Source: a bacterium (GTDB lineage: Bacteria > UBA8248). Taken from it: a DNA stretch of 64,000 nucleotides. Below the pieces are notes generated by a model. It was given only the letters and a program-made list of their open reading frames with translations, did no database searches and had not been told where the DNA came from. This document shows, piece by piece, positions 51,367 through 61,186 of the stretch. The stretch covers positions 1,952,001-2,016,000 of the forward strand of contig OY843592.1 in assembly GCA_963692865.2 (NCBI GenBank), written 5' to 3'. A program made the position numbers and the translations under genes. Position 1 is the first letter of the stretch. The number at the start of each line of letters is the position of its first letter.

Positions 51367-54239
51367 TCGGAGATGGTGTAGGCCTCGGCCTGGGGCTTGT
51401 TGGGCCGGGCGAACCAAAGCGGACGCCTGAGGCCCTCGGGGCCGGGGGCGGGCTTCGTCATCTCGAGCCATTGCTTGTAGTGCTCGAAGCTCTTCTTCGT
51501 GTCGACGCTGATGTCGCCGTAGCGGTCCGCCGCCCCCGCCTTCGTCACCCGCACCTTCTGGTGCCAGCAGTGCATCCCGCTCACCGGGTCGGGGTTGACC
51601 GGGAAGGTGAGGTTCTGGTTCACGCCCACCTCGCGCCACCAGATGCGCTCCGTGTCCGGGTCGTCGCTCTTGAAGGGCTGCACGCCATGCACCTGGCGCA
51701 TGGTGTATTCGCCGTCGCCTTTTTCGTCGAGTCGAACGACGGCGGAGGCGATCTTGGGCGCGCCCTGCTCTTCGCTCAGTCGCCAGCGGCCCAGGTGATG
51801 CGCCATGGCGACGATGCCGGGCCGAAGGCCTTCCGTGACCCAGCACCTGGTGACGAAATGGCCTATCGCGGTCTCGACTTTCGCCAGATCGCCCGTTTTG
51901 AGTCCCAGGCGCGCGGCGTCGTCGGTGTGCAGCCACAGCGGGTTGTTGTGGGTGATCTCGTAGAGCCACTTCACGGCCGAGCGCGTGTGGATGAGGGTGG
52001 CGAGGCGGTAGTTGGGGAGCAGGTCGAACTCGTTGTTCTCGCGTTCCATGTCGCGCCAGTAGACGTGGGTCTTCATGTATTTGGGTATGGCCTCATCATT
52101 CCAGTTCCAGGCGGCCATGGTCGGGCTGTAGAATTCGAGTTTTTTGGACGGCGTGTGGAAGCCTTCCCTCGCTCTTCCCCGGCTCATGTTGCCGATGAGC
52201 GCGCCGTCCTTCCAGACCGAGCCCGTCGCCTCGTCCACGTGGGCGTCCTGCATGGCCTCATCCGAAAGCTCGTGCATGTGGGGTTCGTACACGTTTTCCT
52301 GCACGGCGAATACGCCGTATTTGCGCATGTATTCGAGAGGCGTCAGGTTTTCCTTCTCGGCGGCTTCGGGCAATCCCGGAACGCCGTTTTCGAACATCCA
52401 CTGGTAGTATTCGTTCACCGTGATTTTTTCGCCCGGCCTGTAGGGGCTCTCGAAATACTGCCGGATGCCGAGCGAGCCGTCCGGGTCGACGCGCCAGGAG
52501 AGTTCGATGTGGAGTTCGTCCTCCTCCCACACCTCGCCCGGGTTCGTCTCGCGCGAGGTCTCGAACGTCTCGCCCATCTTCTCGCGCAGCGCGCGGAGAA
52601 CGGGCTGGCGGAAGCCCACCCATTTCGTGGGGTGCGTCTCCTGGCTCTGGTTGTCGTGGCGCTCCGTGGCGTTGCCCATGGGGAGGATGTAGTCGGCGAA
52701 CCAGGCCGTCTCGCTCCAGGTGGGGGTGAGCGCCACGTGGCAACCGATCTTGTCGTGATCTTTCAGCATATCCACCCACATGAAGCCGTCCGGGTTCGTC
52801 CACACCGGGTTGTAGACCCGCGTGAAGTAGACGTCCACGCTGTGGCCCTTGTCCTTCACGAGATGCGGCATGAGGAAGCTCATCTCGAAAAACGCGAGAG
52901 GGTATTCCCGGGGGAAGAGAAGCTCGTTCCATTCCTTGGGGCCGGGAGCGGGGTTGGGGTGTTTGGGCACGAACTTGTGCGTGCTCGCCAGGTGGGTTCC
53001 GCCCACCGTGCCCACCGCGCCCGTCAGCGAGGGCAGGAAGTGCAGGCAGCGCGCCACCTGCCAGCCGTGGAGGTTGCCCGTGGCGGCCGCGCGCCAGACG
53101 TGGACGCAAAGCCTGCTCCCGGCGCGGGCGACCACCTGCGCGACTTCGGCGATCAAGTCAGCCGATACGCCCGTCTCATCCGCCGCGTACTCGAAGGTGA
53201 ACTCGGCGTATTCTTGTTTGAGCTTCTCGATGAAGTTCCCGAAACTCGCCTCCTCGTCGGGGTGGACGGTCCGCATGTATTCGGTCCAGTTCATCCACTC
53301 CTCGACGAACTGCGCGTCGAACTGCCCGGTGTCGAGCAGGTAGCGCGCGATGGCGAGCAGAATCGCGCTCTCGGTGCCGCTGTAGGCGGGCAGCCAGTAG
53401 TCGGCCTTCGCCGCCGTGTTGGAGAGCCTGGGATCGATGACGATGAGTTTCGCGCCGCTCGTCTGCGCCTCGATGATGCGCTGGGCCGAGGGGTTGTAGT
53501 AGTGGCCCGTATCGAGGTGGCTGCTGATGAGCAGGATGGCGTCGGCGTTGGTGAAATCGGGCGAGGGCCTGTCCGACCCGTTCCAGAGGAACTGGCCGAT
53601 GCGGGCGGAGGAGCTGCACACGTTCGTGTGGCTGTTGTGGCCGTCCACGCCCCAGCCGGCGAGCGTCTTGAACATGTAGCCGTCCTCGCCGGGGCGTCCC
53701 ACGTGGTAGATGACGCCGTTTCGCCGGTCGGCCAGGATCGCCTCGCGCATGCGGCCCGCGATGTCGTCGAGCGCCTCGTCCCAGCTCACGCGCTCCCACT
53801 TGCCCTCGCCGCGCTCACCCACGCGCTTTAAGGGATAGAAGATGCGGTCGGGGTCGTAGACCTGGTTGAGCGTCACCCAGCCCTTCGCGCAGTTGCGCCC
53901 GCGCGATGCGGGGTGGAGCGGGTTCCCCTCGATTTTCCTGATCTTCATGTCGTCCTTGTCGACGTAGGCCAGAAGGCCGCATCCCGCCTCGCAGTTGAAG
54001 CAGAGGGTCGGGACCAGCGCGTAGTTTCTCGCCACCTTCTGCGGCCATTTGGTGCTCTCGTATTCCGTCCAGTTGTCCCATTGGTCCGGGCTCGGGTAGG
54101 AGGTGAGGGCGCCGTTCGTGTTCGTGTAGTTGAGTTGGCCCGCAGGCGCCGCGGGCGGGGCCTTGGCCAGCAGGTCGGGGCGGCCCAGAGAGGCGACGTC
54201 GCGCGCGCCCTTGCCGACTTGTAGATGACTTGTGCTCAT
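51363..54239 (-). CDS. Bis-MGD molybdopterin oxidoreductase catalytic subunit (DMSO reductase superfamily), no TAT signal
   Basis: CFNCEAGC...NCAKG Fe-S motif, YPLKRVGERGEGKW, HTNVCSS, IDPRLSNTA, SETAWFADYILP. Confidence 0.95.
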   Translation of the reverse strand: MSTSHLQVGKGARDVASLGRPDLLAKAPPAAPAGQLNYTNTNGALTSYPSPDQWDNWTEYESTKWPQKVARNYALVPTLCFNCEAGCGLLAYVDKDDMKIRKIEGNPLHPASRGRNCAKGWVTLNQVYDPDRIFYPLKRVGERGEGKWERVSWDEALDDIAGRMREAILADRRNGVIYHVGRPGEDGYMFKTLAGWGVDGHNSHTNVCSSSARIGQFLWNGSDRPSPDFTNADAILLISSHLDTGHYYNPSAQRIIEAQTSGAKLIVIDPRLSNTAAKADYWLPAYSGTESAILLAIARYLLDTGQFDAQFVEEWMNWTEYMRTVHPDEEASFGNFIEKLKQEYAEFTFEYAADETGVSADLIAEVAQVVARAGSRLCVHVWRAAATGNLHGWQVARCLHFLPSLTGAVGTVGGTHLASTHKFVPKHPNPAPGPKEWNELLFPREYPLAFFEMSFLMPHLVKDKGHSVDVYFTRVYNPVWTNPDGFMWVDMLKDHDKIGCHVALTPTWSETAWFADYILPMGNATERHDNQSQETHPTKWVGFRQPVLRALREKMGETFETSRETNPGEVWEEDELHIELSWRVDPDGSLGIRQYFESPYRPGEKITVNEYYQWMFENGVPGLPEAAEKENLTPLEYMRKYGVFAVQENVYEPHMHELSDEAMQDAHVDEATGSVWKDGALIGNMSRGRAREGFHTPSKKLEFYSPTMAAWNWNDEAIPKYMKTHVYWRDMERENNEFDLLPNYRLATLIHTRSAVKWLYEITHNNPLWLHTDDAARLGLKTGDLAKVETAIGHFVTRCWVTEGLRPGIVAMAHHLGRWRLSEEQGAPKIASAVVRLDEKGDGEYTMRQVHGVQPFKSDDPDTERIWWREVGVNQNLTFPVNPDPVSGMHCWHQKVRVTKAGAADRYGDISVDTKKSFEHYKQWLEMTKPAPGPEGLRRPLWFARPNKPQAEAYTISE

Positions 54240-54257
54240 GCGCTTGAAACTCCCGGA

Positions 54258-55778
54258 TTACGAAAGGGGAACGGCCTGTCCGGCCTTCACCCAGATTTTG
54301 TCCCAAAGATACGCGCCCGCCATGGCCATGATTCCCGCCAGCACCGCGCCGAAGCCGCCGAAGCCTCCCGCCCAGAGAAGGAGCAGGGGAAGTACGCATC
54401 CCACGATGACGGCGCCGCCCCAGAAATCGTTCTTGAACGGCCCGCTCGTCAGCAGGTGGATCGCCCGCTCATGCGCCACGGAGCCGAAGCGGTGCACGAG
54501 AATCGAGAACACCAGGATGCTCAGGTGCAGCAGAATGAGAACGGCGAGCAGCCCGCCCAGGACGTTCAGGGCCGAGGCCTGGTTCGCTATCGGGAAGAGC
54601 GTGGCGAACAGAAGCAGGATGGCCGCGCCCTTCAGGCCCGATTGCACGCCGATGTCCAGCGTGTTCTCGCTTCCTTTCCACAAATCGCGCGCCGACGCCT
54701 GGGCGAAGAAAAAGCCCGTGTAGATGGAGGAAAGCACGCCCAGGAGGATGGTGGGCCACAGGATGAGGCCCATGAAGCCCTCTGCGCCGAACATGGCGCC
54801 GATCACCCAGAGGAGGGTGAAGACGCCGTCCAGCGCAATGAACCACGTGCCCCACGCCATCCAGCTTCCCCAGTTCGAGCGCAGCATGATGTAGTAGAAC
54901 CGCTCGGGCCGCTTGAGGTCGGTGATGAGCACGAACCCCGTGGCGGCGAGGAGGACGCCGCTCAGCGCGGGCATCCAGAAGGAGAACAGCGTGCTTTTAT
55001 AGCCGAACATCCACAGAAACAGGCTGATGACCAGAAGACCCGTGCTCGCGCCCTTGGTCAAGAGATACGTGATGATCTTCGTTTCCCAGGGAACCTCGTG
55101 GAAAGTGTCGTACACGGTGCGGCTTTCGCCGGGCTTGTTCTCCCACTCGGGCACGACGTCTTCCCGCTCCATGTCCATCTCGCCCTGCTTGTAGATGCCC
55201 GACTGGCCCGCCTCGGTGGGGTCGAGCAGCTGGCGGCTGCCCTCGAGATAATAGATGTTGGGCGCCGTGTTGTATTCGGGTTTCCGCACGTGGTAGGGGC
55301 GCTGCGTGGTGAGTTTCGATATCTTCGAATCCGCATCCTCCACGTCGCCGAACACGCGGCACTGCGTGGGGCAGACCACCACGCAGGCGGGCTCCAGATT
55401 CGCTTCCAGGCGGTTCGCGCAGAAATTGCATTTCTCCGCCGTCATCGTGTTGGGGTCGATGAAGAGCTGGTCGTAGGGACACGCCGCGATGCAGGACTTG
55501 CACCCGATGCACCAGTCGGGGTCCAGGTCCACGATTCCGTCCTTGCGCCGGAAGAGCGCCTTCGTCGGGCAGATGTTCTGGCAAGGGGCGTCGTCGCACT
55601 GGTTGCACAGGACGGGCAGGAATTCCCGCCTCGTGCTCGGGAAGGCGCCTTTTTCGACTTCCTTCACCCAGCATCGCCAGACGCCGATGGGGATGTCGTG
55701 TTCGGATTTGCAGGCGATCGTGCAGGCGTGGCACCCGATGCAGGATTCGAGGTCGATCGCCATCGCGTACTTGGTCAT
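54258..55778 (-). CDS. Fused 4x[4Fe-4S] ferredoxin-like and NrfD/PsrC membrane subunit
   Basis: CIGCHAC..AC, CNQCDDAPC..ICP, CIGCKSC..ACP, KCNFC; followed by about eight TM helices with DLKRPERF, SWMAWG, YTGFFF. Confidence 0.94.
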   Translation of the reverse strand: MTKYAMAIDLESCIGCHACTIACKSEHDIPIGVWRCWVKEVEKGAFPSTRREFLPVLCNQCDDAPCQNICPTKALFRRKDGIVDLDPDWCIGCKSCIAACPYDQLFIDPNTMTAEKCNFCANRLEANLEPACVVVCPTQCRVFGDVEDADSKISKLTTQRPYHVRKPEYNTAPNIYYLEGSRQLLDPTEAGQSGIYKQGEMDMEREDVVPEWENKPGESRTVYDTFHEVPWETKIITYLLTKGASTGLLVISLFLWMFGYKSTLFSFWMPALSGVLLAATGFVLITDLKRPERFYYIMLRSNWGSWMAWGTWFIALDGVFTLLWVIGAMFGAEGFMGLILWPTILLGVLSSIYTGFFFAQASARDLWKGSENTLDIGVQSGLKGAAILLLFATLFPIANQASALNVLGGLLAVLILLHLSILVFSILVHRFGSVAHERAIHLLTSGPFKNDFWGGAVIVGCVLPLLLLWAGGFGGFGAVLAGIMAMAGAYLWDKIWVKAGQAVPLS

Positions 55779-55903
55779 GAAGATTCCTCACTTGAGATGA
55801 TGCGCGTTTCTCGTATCTTGGCTTTGGTAGTCCAAAGCTAGAGCTTTGCGGCGGGCGTGTCAATTGAGGATGGAGCAAAAGGCCTCGGGGGGATGAGGAT
55901 TTT

Positions 55904-56520
55904 GCAGGGTCAGACATATATGTCTGACATACGGGGTTGTTGAACAAGCCTCGTCCGGGTCGGGGTTGCCGTATTCCTTGGCAGGGACAGGTCGCGACCT
56001 GTCCCTACGGTCGCCATTCGAGGGGGGGGGGATGTGTAGGGGTCGCCGATGGAGATTGATCCACCGCGCGGCATCGGGCTTCGCAGAACGCTTGACGCCC
56101 TCATTCCGAGCAAGCGCCCCAAACCCTCATCCTGAGTAGGCGCCGAAGGCGGCGTATCGAAGGATGGGGGGCGCGGCGGGCTGCGCAGGACGAGGAGGGG
56201 AATGGCGCCGCATCGGGCTTTTTCAACACTCCCCTCAAGGGCTTGTAAAAAAGTCGGAGAGGGAAAATTTGTTTGTGTGTAGGGGTCGCATACATGCGAC
56301 CCTCCCCGTTCAGGGCACGCGGGCCGCATAATATGCGGCCCCTACAAAAAACCGTCCCTTCCCGGTCGAGTCGAATCCTCGTTCATAAGGTCTTTTTTCA
56401 ACAACCCTCTCAAGGGGGGAGTGATTCCCGAGCGATGGCCGTCGATAAAACCAACTCCCTTTGGCCTTCTGGTTTGCAATGACACCCCCCCCTGTCCCCC
56501 CTCCTCAAAGGGGTAAAGGC
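55904..56520. repeat. Repeat mosaic, partly duplicating the clpB-dnaK mosaic
   Basis: 55981-56163 resembles 38071-38247; TIR-like ends near 55933, 56219, 56240, 56394; GTAG doublet 56279-56345. Confidence 0.88.
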
Positions 56521-56637
56521 GACGCCACGACGAGGCGGCTTTTTCCGCGGCTCCGATTGAGGCAGAGTGATCGTGGTTTTTCGCGCTTTCGCGCGCCTGG
56601 CCGCCGGGGAGGAAAGCAGGTGGATGGGAGAGGATCG

Positions 56638-57198
56638 ATGAAGCCGAGACTCGCGTATCTGGCAAGGGGTCTCACGCTCGCGCGGTTTTTGGCGATTCCC
56701 ATAGTTGTCTGGACGTTGCTCCGCATTGATTCTGCTCCCGACCTGATGTGGCGGGTCTTGCTCATCGCCGCTTACGCCTACGCGGTCCTGAGCGACCTGA
56801 TTGACGGCCCGCTGGCGAGGCGGGCGGGTGCGAGGAGTTATTTCTGGGGGCAGGTGGACGCCCTATCGGACGTGGCCTTCAACGCGGCGGCGCTTGCAGC
56901 CGCTTTCTGGGCGGGGCGGCTCGGCCCATGGGCCGCCCTGGGCGTATCGGCGCTTGGAGCGCAGTTCCTCTGGCGCTGCCGTGGAGGGGCCGGGGGCGCG
57001 GGCGAAGCGTTGCCCGAGGATGCGGCGGGAAAGTGGGCGGGGGTCTGTTTCTACGCCCTGGTGGGCGTCGTCGTCTGTGAGATGGGCTTTTCGTGGGACT
57101 GGCTCAGGCCCGTCCTGCCCTGGCTCGGCAACCTGGTGTTTCTCTACGCACTATATTTGTTCATCCGAAACGCGCTCGCGTCTTATAGAAGCCATTAG
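56638..57198 (+). CDS. CDP-alcohol phosphatidyltransferase family protein
   Basis: LTLAR, DLIDGPLARR.......GQVDALSD (DxxDGxxAR...GxxxDxxxD variant); hydrophobic. Confidence 0.88.
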   Translation: MKPRLAYLARGLTLARFLAIPIVVWTLLRIDSAPDLMWRVLLIAAYAYAVLSDLIDGPLARRAGARSYFWGQVDALSDVAFNAAALAAAFWAGRLGPWAALGVSALGAQFLWRCRGGAGGAGEALPEDAAGKWAGVCFYALVGVVVCEMGFSWDWLRPVLPWLGNLVFLYALYLFIRNALASYRSH

Positions 57199-57467
57199 GG
57201 ATGCTGTTGAAAGAGCCTGCAATGGCGGCGGCAATGGGAAACAGCCTTGGCGAAGGGAGTGTAGGTCGGACATATATGTCCGACATAGTATGCGGCCCGT
57301 GTTCCGATGCCGAAAAAGCAGGGACGCATGCTATGCGTCCCCTACATCAGGCTCACGACCGGAGCGACCCGCGAGAGAGAACACGTGTTCAGCCTCGACT
57401 GATGAAGGAGGAGTTGCCGCCTACCCACAAACAAATTTTCCCTCACCGGGCTTTTTCAACACCCCCC
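57199..57467. repeat. TIR-bounded element filling the gap between two convergent stop codons
   Basis: GGATGCTGTTGAAA right after TAG 57196-57198; GTAGGTCGGACATATATGTCCGAC inside; TTTTTCAACACCCCC ending just before TTA 57469. Confidence 0.8.
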
Positions 57468-57468
57468 T

Positions 57469-58410
57469 TTATGCGGCGCGCCCCTTCCCGAACAGATCCG
57501 AATACGCTTTCGGCATGAACAGCAAGCCGATGGTCCCGTTCGCCAGCATGAAGGTGAGGTGGGATACGAGGCTGTAGGCGAGGAGGTCCGCTTCCGCCGC
57601 GTAGCCCTTGAAGAAGAATATCCACGCGGCCTGGGATGTGCCCAGGTGCGCCACCGTCACCGGAAGCGCCCCTATCATGAAGACGAGCGGCAGGAACGTG
57701 AGAAGCTGCAGCAGCGGTATGTCCATTCCGAAGAGCGTCAGGGCGTATTTGTGCACGAAAAGCGAAAGCACGAATACGGAGCCCTTGAGCGCGAGGACCG
57801 TGACGCCCTGTCTGAACCGCACCGCCCGGAAGGTGTTGAGCAGGGTGTGGCCGCCGATCTTCTTGCCGATAGCGCCCAAGCCACCCCGCGCCACCTGGGT
57901 GATTAGCAGCCAGAAACAGGCGAGTCCGGCGGGCAGGGCGAAAAGAACGAGCGGCGCGCCGCCCGGGAAGGCGATGAGGCCGATAGTGGCGAAGGAGATC
58001 AGGTTCGTTACTTCGAGCAGGATGAGCATGGCGACCGTGCTCGTGATCTCGGCGAGCGGGGTCCGGAACCTGCGGTGAAAATAGAGCGCCAGCGCCACCT
58101 GGGCGAGTTGGGTGTTGATGATGGAGACGACGTAGGTGACGGCGCGCACGGGCAGCAGCGTCGGGAACGTCAGCGGGCCGTGGAACCAGCGGATCATCCG
58201 GCTCAGGACGAAGGTGTCCATCAGGAAAAAACAGATCGAAAAACACCCCATCACCAGGAGGAAGGGCGCGAGCCTCGCCTTCGATATGGCGAGGACGAAC
58301 TCGTCGAACGGGATCCGCCAGAAGATGACGGCGAAAATTACGACCGTGAGGGCGATGGGGATGAGCCGTCCGGCTTTGCCTGATTGATGCGTATTCTGGT
58401 TTTGCTCCAA
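57469..58410 (-). CDS. Lysylphosphatidylglycerol synthase TM/YbhN-like (flippase-like) membrane protein
   Basis: Multiple TM helices; LPVTVAHLGTSQAAW motif. Confidence 0.75.
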   Translation of the reverse strand: MEQNQNTHQSGKAGRLIPIALTVVIFAVIFWRIPFDEFVLAISKARLAPFLLVMGCFSICFFLMDTFVLSRMIRWFHGPLTFPTLLPVRAVTYVVSIINTQLAQVALALYFHRRFRTPLAEITSTVAMLILLEVTNLISFATIGLIAFPGGAPLVLFALPAGLACFWLLITQVARGGLGAIGKKIGGHTLLNTFRAVRFRQGVTVLALKGSVFVLSLFVHKYALTLFGMDIPLLQLLTFLPLVFMIGALPVTVAHLGTSQAAWIFFFKGYAAEADLLAYSLVSHLTFMLANGTIGLLFMPKAYSDLFGKGRAA

Positions 58411-58436
58411 AGCGAAACTCCTCGAAGGCGCAGCGG

Positions 58437-59390
58437 CTATTCCCGGCGCGGCAGCGAGAGGTCCAGAATCTCGTCGACGCCCGTGCGGGCGATGGGCGCG
58501 TCGCTTCCGGCTTCCTCATCGTCGCACAGATGCTCGTAGAAGATAACGTCGAACACGGTGCGGCTGATGGGGGAGGAGGGGGAGAACCGGCTGATGACGC
58601 TCGACGCGAGCCGGGCCGGCCCCCTCGGGATCGTCAGGATGCGGGGCCGCCTCCCGAGCCTGAGACCTGCGCGCAGGAGCAGTGCCCGGTAGAAGAGCGT
58701 TTCCGGCCCCGCGAGGTTCACCCGCCCAAGCGGCGCCTCCGGATGGCGAATCGCCCACTCTATCGCGCCGATGACGTCGCCCAGGTATATCGGCTGAATC
58801 CGCACCGCACCGCCCGCCACGAGGGGGACGGCCGAGGAGCGGAGCAGGCGTTTTATCTGGTTCATCGCCGGTGTGTCCGGCCCCAGGATCATGGGCACGC
58901 GGAAGATGGCGCCCGATGCGAAATTCTCCGCAATCACGTCCTCCGCCCGGCCTTTCGTCCTGATGTACTCGTTGTGAGAACTGGAATCCGCGCCCGGAAA
59001 GCTTAAGAAAACGAAAGACTTCACGCCGCAGTTCTTGCTCGCTTCGGCGACGTTCTTCGTGGTGAGCAGATTCGCCCCGAGGAGGGAATCCCCCGCCCTC
59101 GGAACCAGCGAACCCGCCAGGTGGGCCACGCAGTCGGCGCCGTCCACGGCGCGTTCAAGGCTTTGCGCGTCGTCGTAGTCCACTTCCATCAAATCGGCGG
59201 GGAGATCGCGCAGGTGCTCGCTTCGGCCCATGTCGCGCACGAGGGCGCGCAGGCGCACCGGCCCGATAGCCGTATTCCCGCCCAGGCGTTCGATGAGCGC
59301 TTTGCCGACGGCGCCGTTCGCGCCCGTGATGGCGATGTCGATGGGGCTTCTCCCGAGACCTCGAAAGGCGGTTGTGCGCACTGGGGCCAC
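58437..59390 (-). CDS. NAD(P)-binding atypical SDR/epimerase-like protein
   Basis: ITGANGAVG, RALVR, HLAG, YIRTK (YxxxK), QPIYLGDV, NLAGPE. Confidence 0.85.
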   Translation of the reverse strand: MAPVRTTAFRGLGRSPIDIAITGANGAVGKALIERLGGNTAIGPVRLRALVRDMGRSEHLRDLPADLMEVDYDDAQSLERAVDGADCVAHLAGSLVPRAGDSLLGANLLTTKNVAEASKNCGVKSFVFLSFPGADSSSHNEYIRTKGRAEDVIAENFASGAIFRVPMILGPDTPAMNQIKRLLRSSAVPLVAGGAVRIQPIYLGDVIGAIEWAIRHPEAPLGRVNLAGPETLFYRALLLRAGLRLGRRPRILTIPRGPARLASSVISRFSPSSPISRTVFDVIFYEHLCDDEEAGSDAPIARTGVDEILDLSLPRRE

Positions 59391-59426
59391 TCGCCTATAT
59401 GCGAGTCGCCCGTGCGGCGGCTTGGC

Positions 59427-60665
59427 CTATACCGTGAGCAGTTCGTGGGTCGGCGCGGTCATCTTCTCGATGGGCAGCCCGTGCGTGCAGGACCCGGCGC
59501 AGCTTTGGTGGCTGCAGTCGAGGCACGCCGATGCGCCCGCGCCCAGCATGGAGTACTCGGCCTTTGCGAATCGCACGTCCTCATAGTCGGTCGCATACAT
59601 GCGGGTGCGGAGCACGTCCGCGATGGGCACGTTCTCCGGACACGCGCCCGCGCAGTCGTTGCACGCATGGCGGCAGTAGGAGGTTCCGTTCAACCGCGCG
59701 TACTTCTTCAAGATCGGCACCTCGCGGCGCGATACCTTCTTCCAGCCCGAGGCGCCCACGAACTCGGTGATGTTGTCCTTGCTCGTCATCGAGATGATGA
59801 GCGAGTCCACGTTCGGGTTCGAGAGCACCCAGCGGAAGGCGGCCTGCGAGAAGGTGGCGCCCCCCTTCTCGTAGGGGCGCATGTCGTTCAGCCGCGCGCC
59901 CATGAGCGTCTTCATGGCGATGACGCCGACCCCCTTGGCTTTCGCCCGCGCGAGGGCGAGGGGCAGCTTCGGGAACCTGGCGATGAAGTCGAACCCGCGC
60001 GTGAACCGCTGATAGAAGGCCGGGTCCTGCCCGAAGTTGTAGGCGATGAGGAATACGTCCACAACGCTGTTGTCGATGCAGTAGTCGAGGCACGCGATCA
60101 GGTTGCCTGCGTGGCCCGACATGCCCGAATACCGGATTTTCCCCTGCTTTTTCGCAAGCGCCGTGAACTCGCTCCACTCGGGGTTCTTCATCCGGTCCAC
60201 GTCGTTCACCGCGTGGTTGAAATACACGTCCACGTAGTCTGTCTGGAGCTTTTTCAGGCTCGCTTCGAGAGAACTCATCATCGACTCTTTTTTGTCGCTC
60301 GGCCCCGCGTGCGTTTTCGACGCAATGTAGACCTTGTGGCGTTTGCCCTTGAGCGCGCGGCCGATGGTGGTCTCCGACTCCCCCCAGGAGTAGCTCTCGG
60401 CGGTGTCGAAATAGTTGATCCCCAGGTCGAGCGCGTGGAGAACGAGATGCTCCTCGTCCGAACCCAGACGGCTGCTGCCGAACGAGATGTCCGACATCCT
60501 GATGTCCGTCTTGCCGAGGGTGACGTAGCGGCGGACACGCTTCTGCGCGGCGTCCGCGCTCATGGCGCGCGCGAAGGGCAGGAGTCCCGCGCCCAGGCCG
60601 GCGAATGCGCCTTTTCGGATGAAATCGCGTCTTGCTAAAAAGTCGGTATGATGGGACATCGGCAT
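59427..60665 (-). CDS. TAT-signal aldo/keto reductase with C-terminal Fe-S motifs
   Basis: ARRDFIR twin-arginine signal; LGKT, GINYFDTAESY, SLKKLQTDYVD, IAMKTL; CRHACNDCAGACP and CLDCSHQSCAGSC. Confidence 0.9.
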   Translation of the reverse strand: MPMSHHTDFLARRDFIRKGAFAGLGAGLLPFARAMSADAAQKRVRRYVTLGKTDIRMSDISFGSSRLGSDEEHLVLHALDLGINYFDTAESYSWGESETTIGRALKGKRHKVYIASKTHAGPSDKKESMMSSLEASLKKLQTDYVDVYFNHAVNDVDRMKNPEWSEFTALAKKQGKIRYSGMSGHAGNLIACLDYCIDNSVVDVFLIAYNFGQDPAFYQRFTRGFDFIARFPKLPLALARAKAKGVGVIAMKTLMGARLNDMRPYEKGGATFSQAAFRWVLSNPNVDSLIISMTSKDNITEFVGASGWKKVSRREVPILKKYARLNGTSYCRHACNDCAGACPENVPIADVLRTRMYATDYEDVRFAKAEYSMLGAGASACLDCSHQSCAGSCTHGLPIEKMTAPTHELLTV

Positions 60666-60849
60666 TCTCCAGGATAGAGAAATGAGGCGACCCGCCTATC
60701 TCACCCTATTTTCCCGTTTTGGTCAATTCGGGGTTTTTGTGGCTCATTGAGCCTTTGCGCCGGCGGAGCCTTGATGTGAAAACGGTTTTCCCTCAATCCC
60801 GGTCCCCCTTGCAGGGATGCGTTTTTCCTCATCAACCGAAATAAACCAT

Positions 60850-61048
60850 CGTCATTCCGGTATTGCGGCCAAGCTTCGACGGATAGGTGTAGGGGCCGCA
60901 TATCATGCGGCCCGCATTGTGAAGAAAAAGCCGGGCCGCATGATATGCGGCCCCTACATAACTTCTTAGATAGAGTAGGGACAACCCCCCGTGGTTGTCC
61001 TTTTTCAGGATGGATGCAATCAGGACAGGCACGGGGGTCTGTCCCTAC
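60850..61048. repeat. GTAG-type palindrome doublets
   Basis: GTAGGGGCCGCATATCATGCGGCCC...inverse at 60889-60957; GTAGGGACAACC...TGTCCCTAC at about 60975-61048. Confidence 0.85.
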
Positions 61049-61186
61049 AATGAGCCGTTAATTGCCCTTGGTTGCCCCTATGTATGAAACCACTCCACGT
61101 CGGATGCGAGGGATTTAGGAGTCGCATACATTCGCCCCGCATTGTTAAGGGGCAAGATAAAACCGCCAATCCCCCCCGCATTCCAA

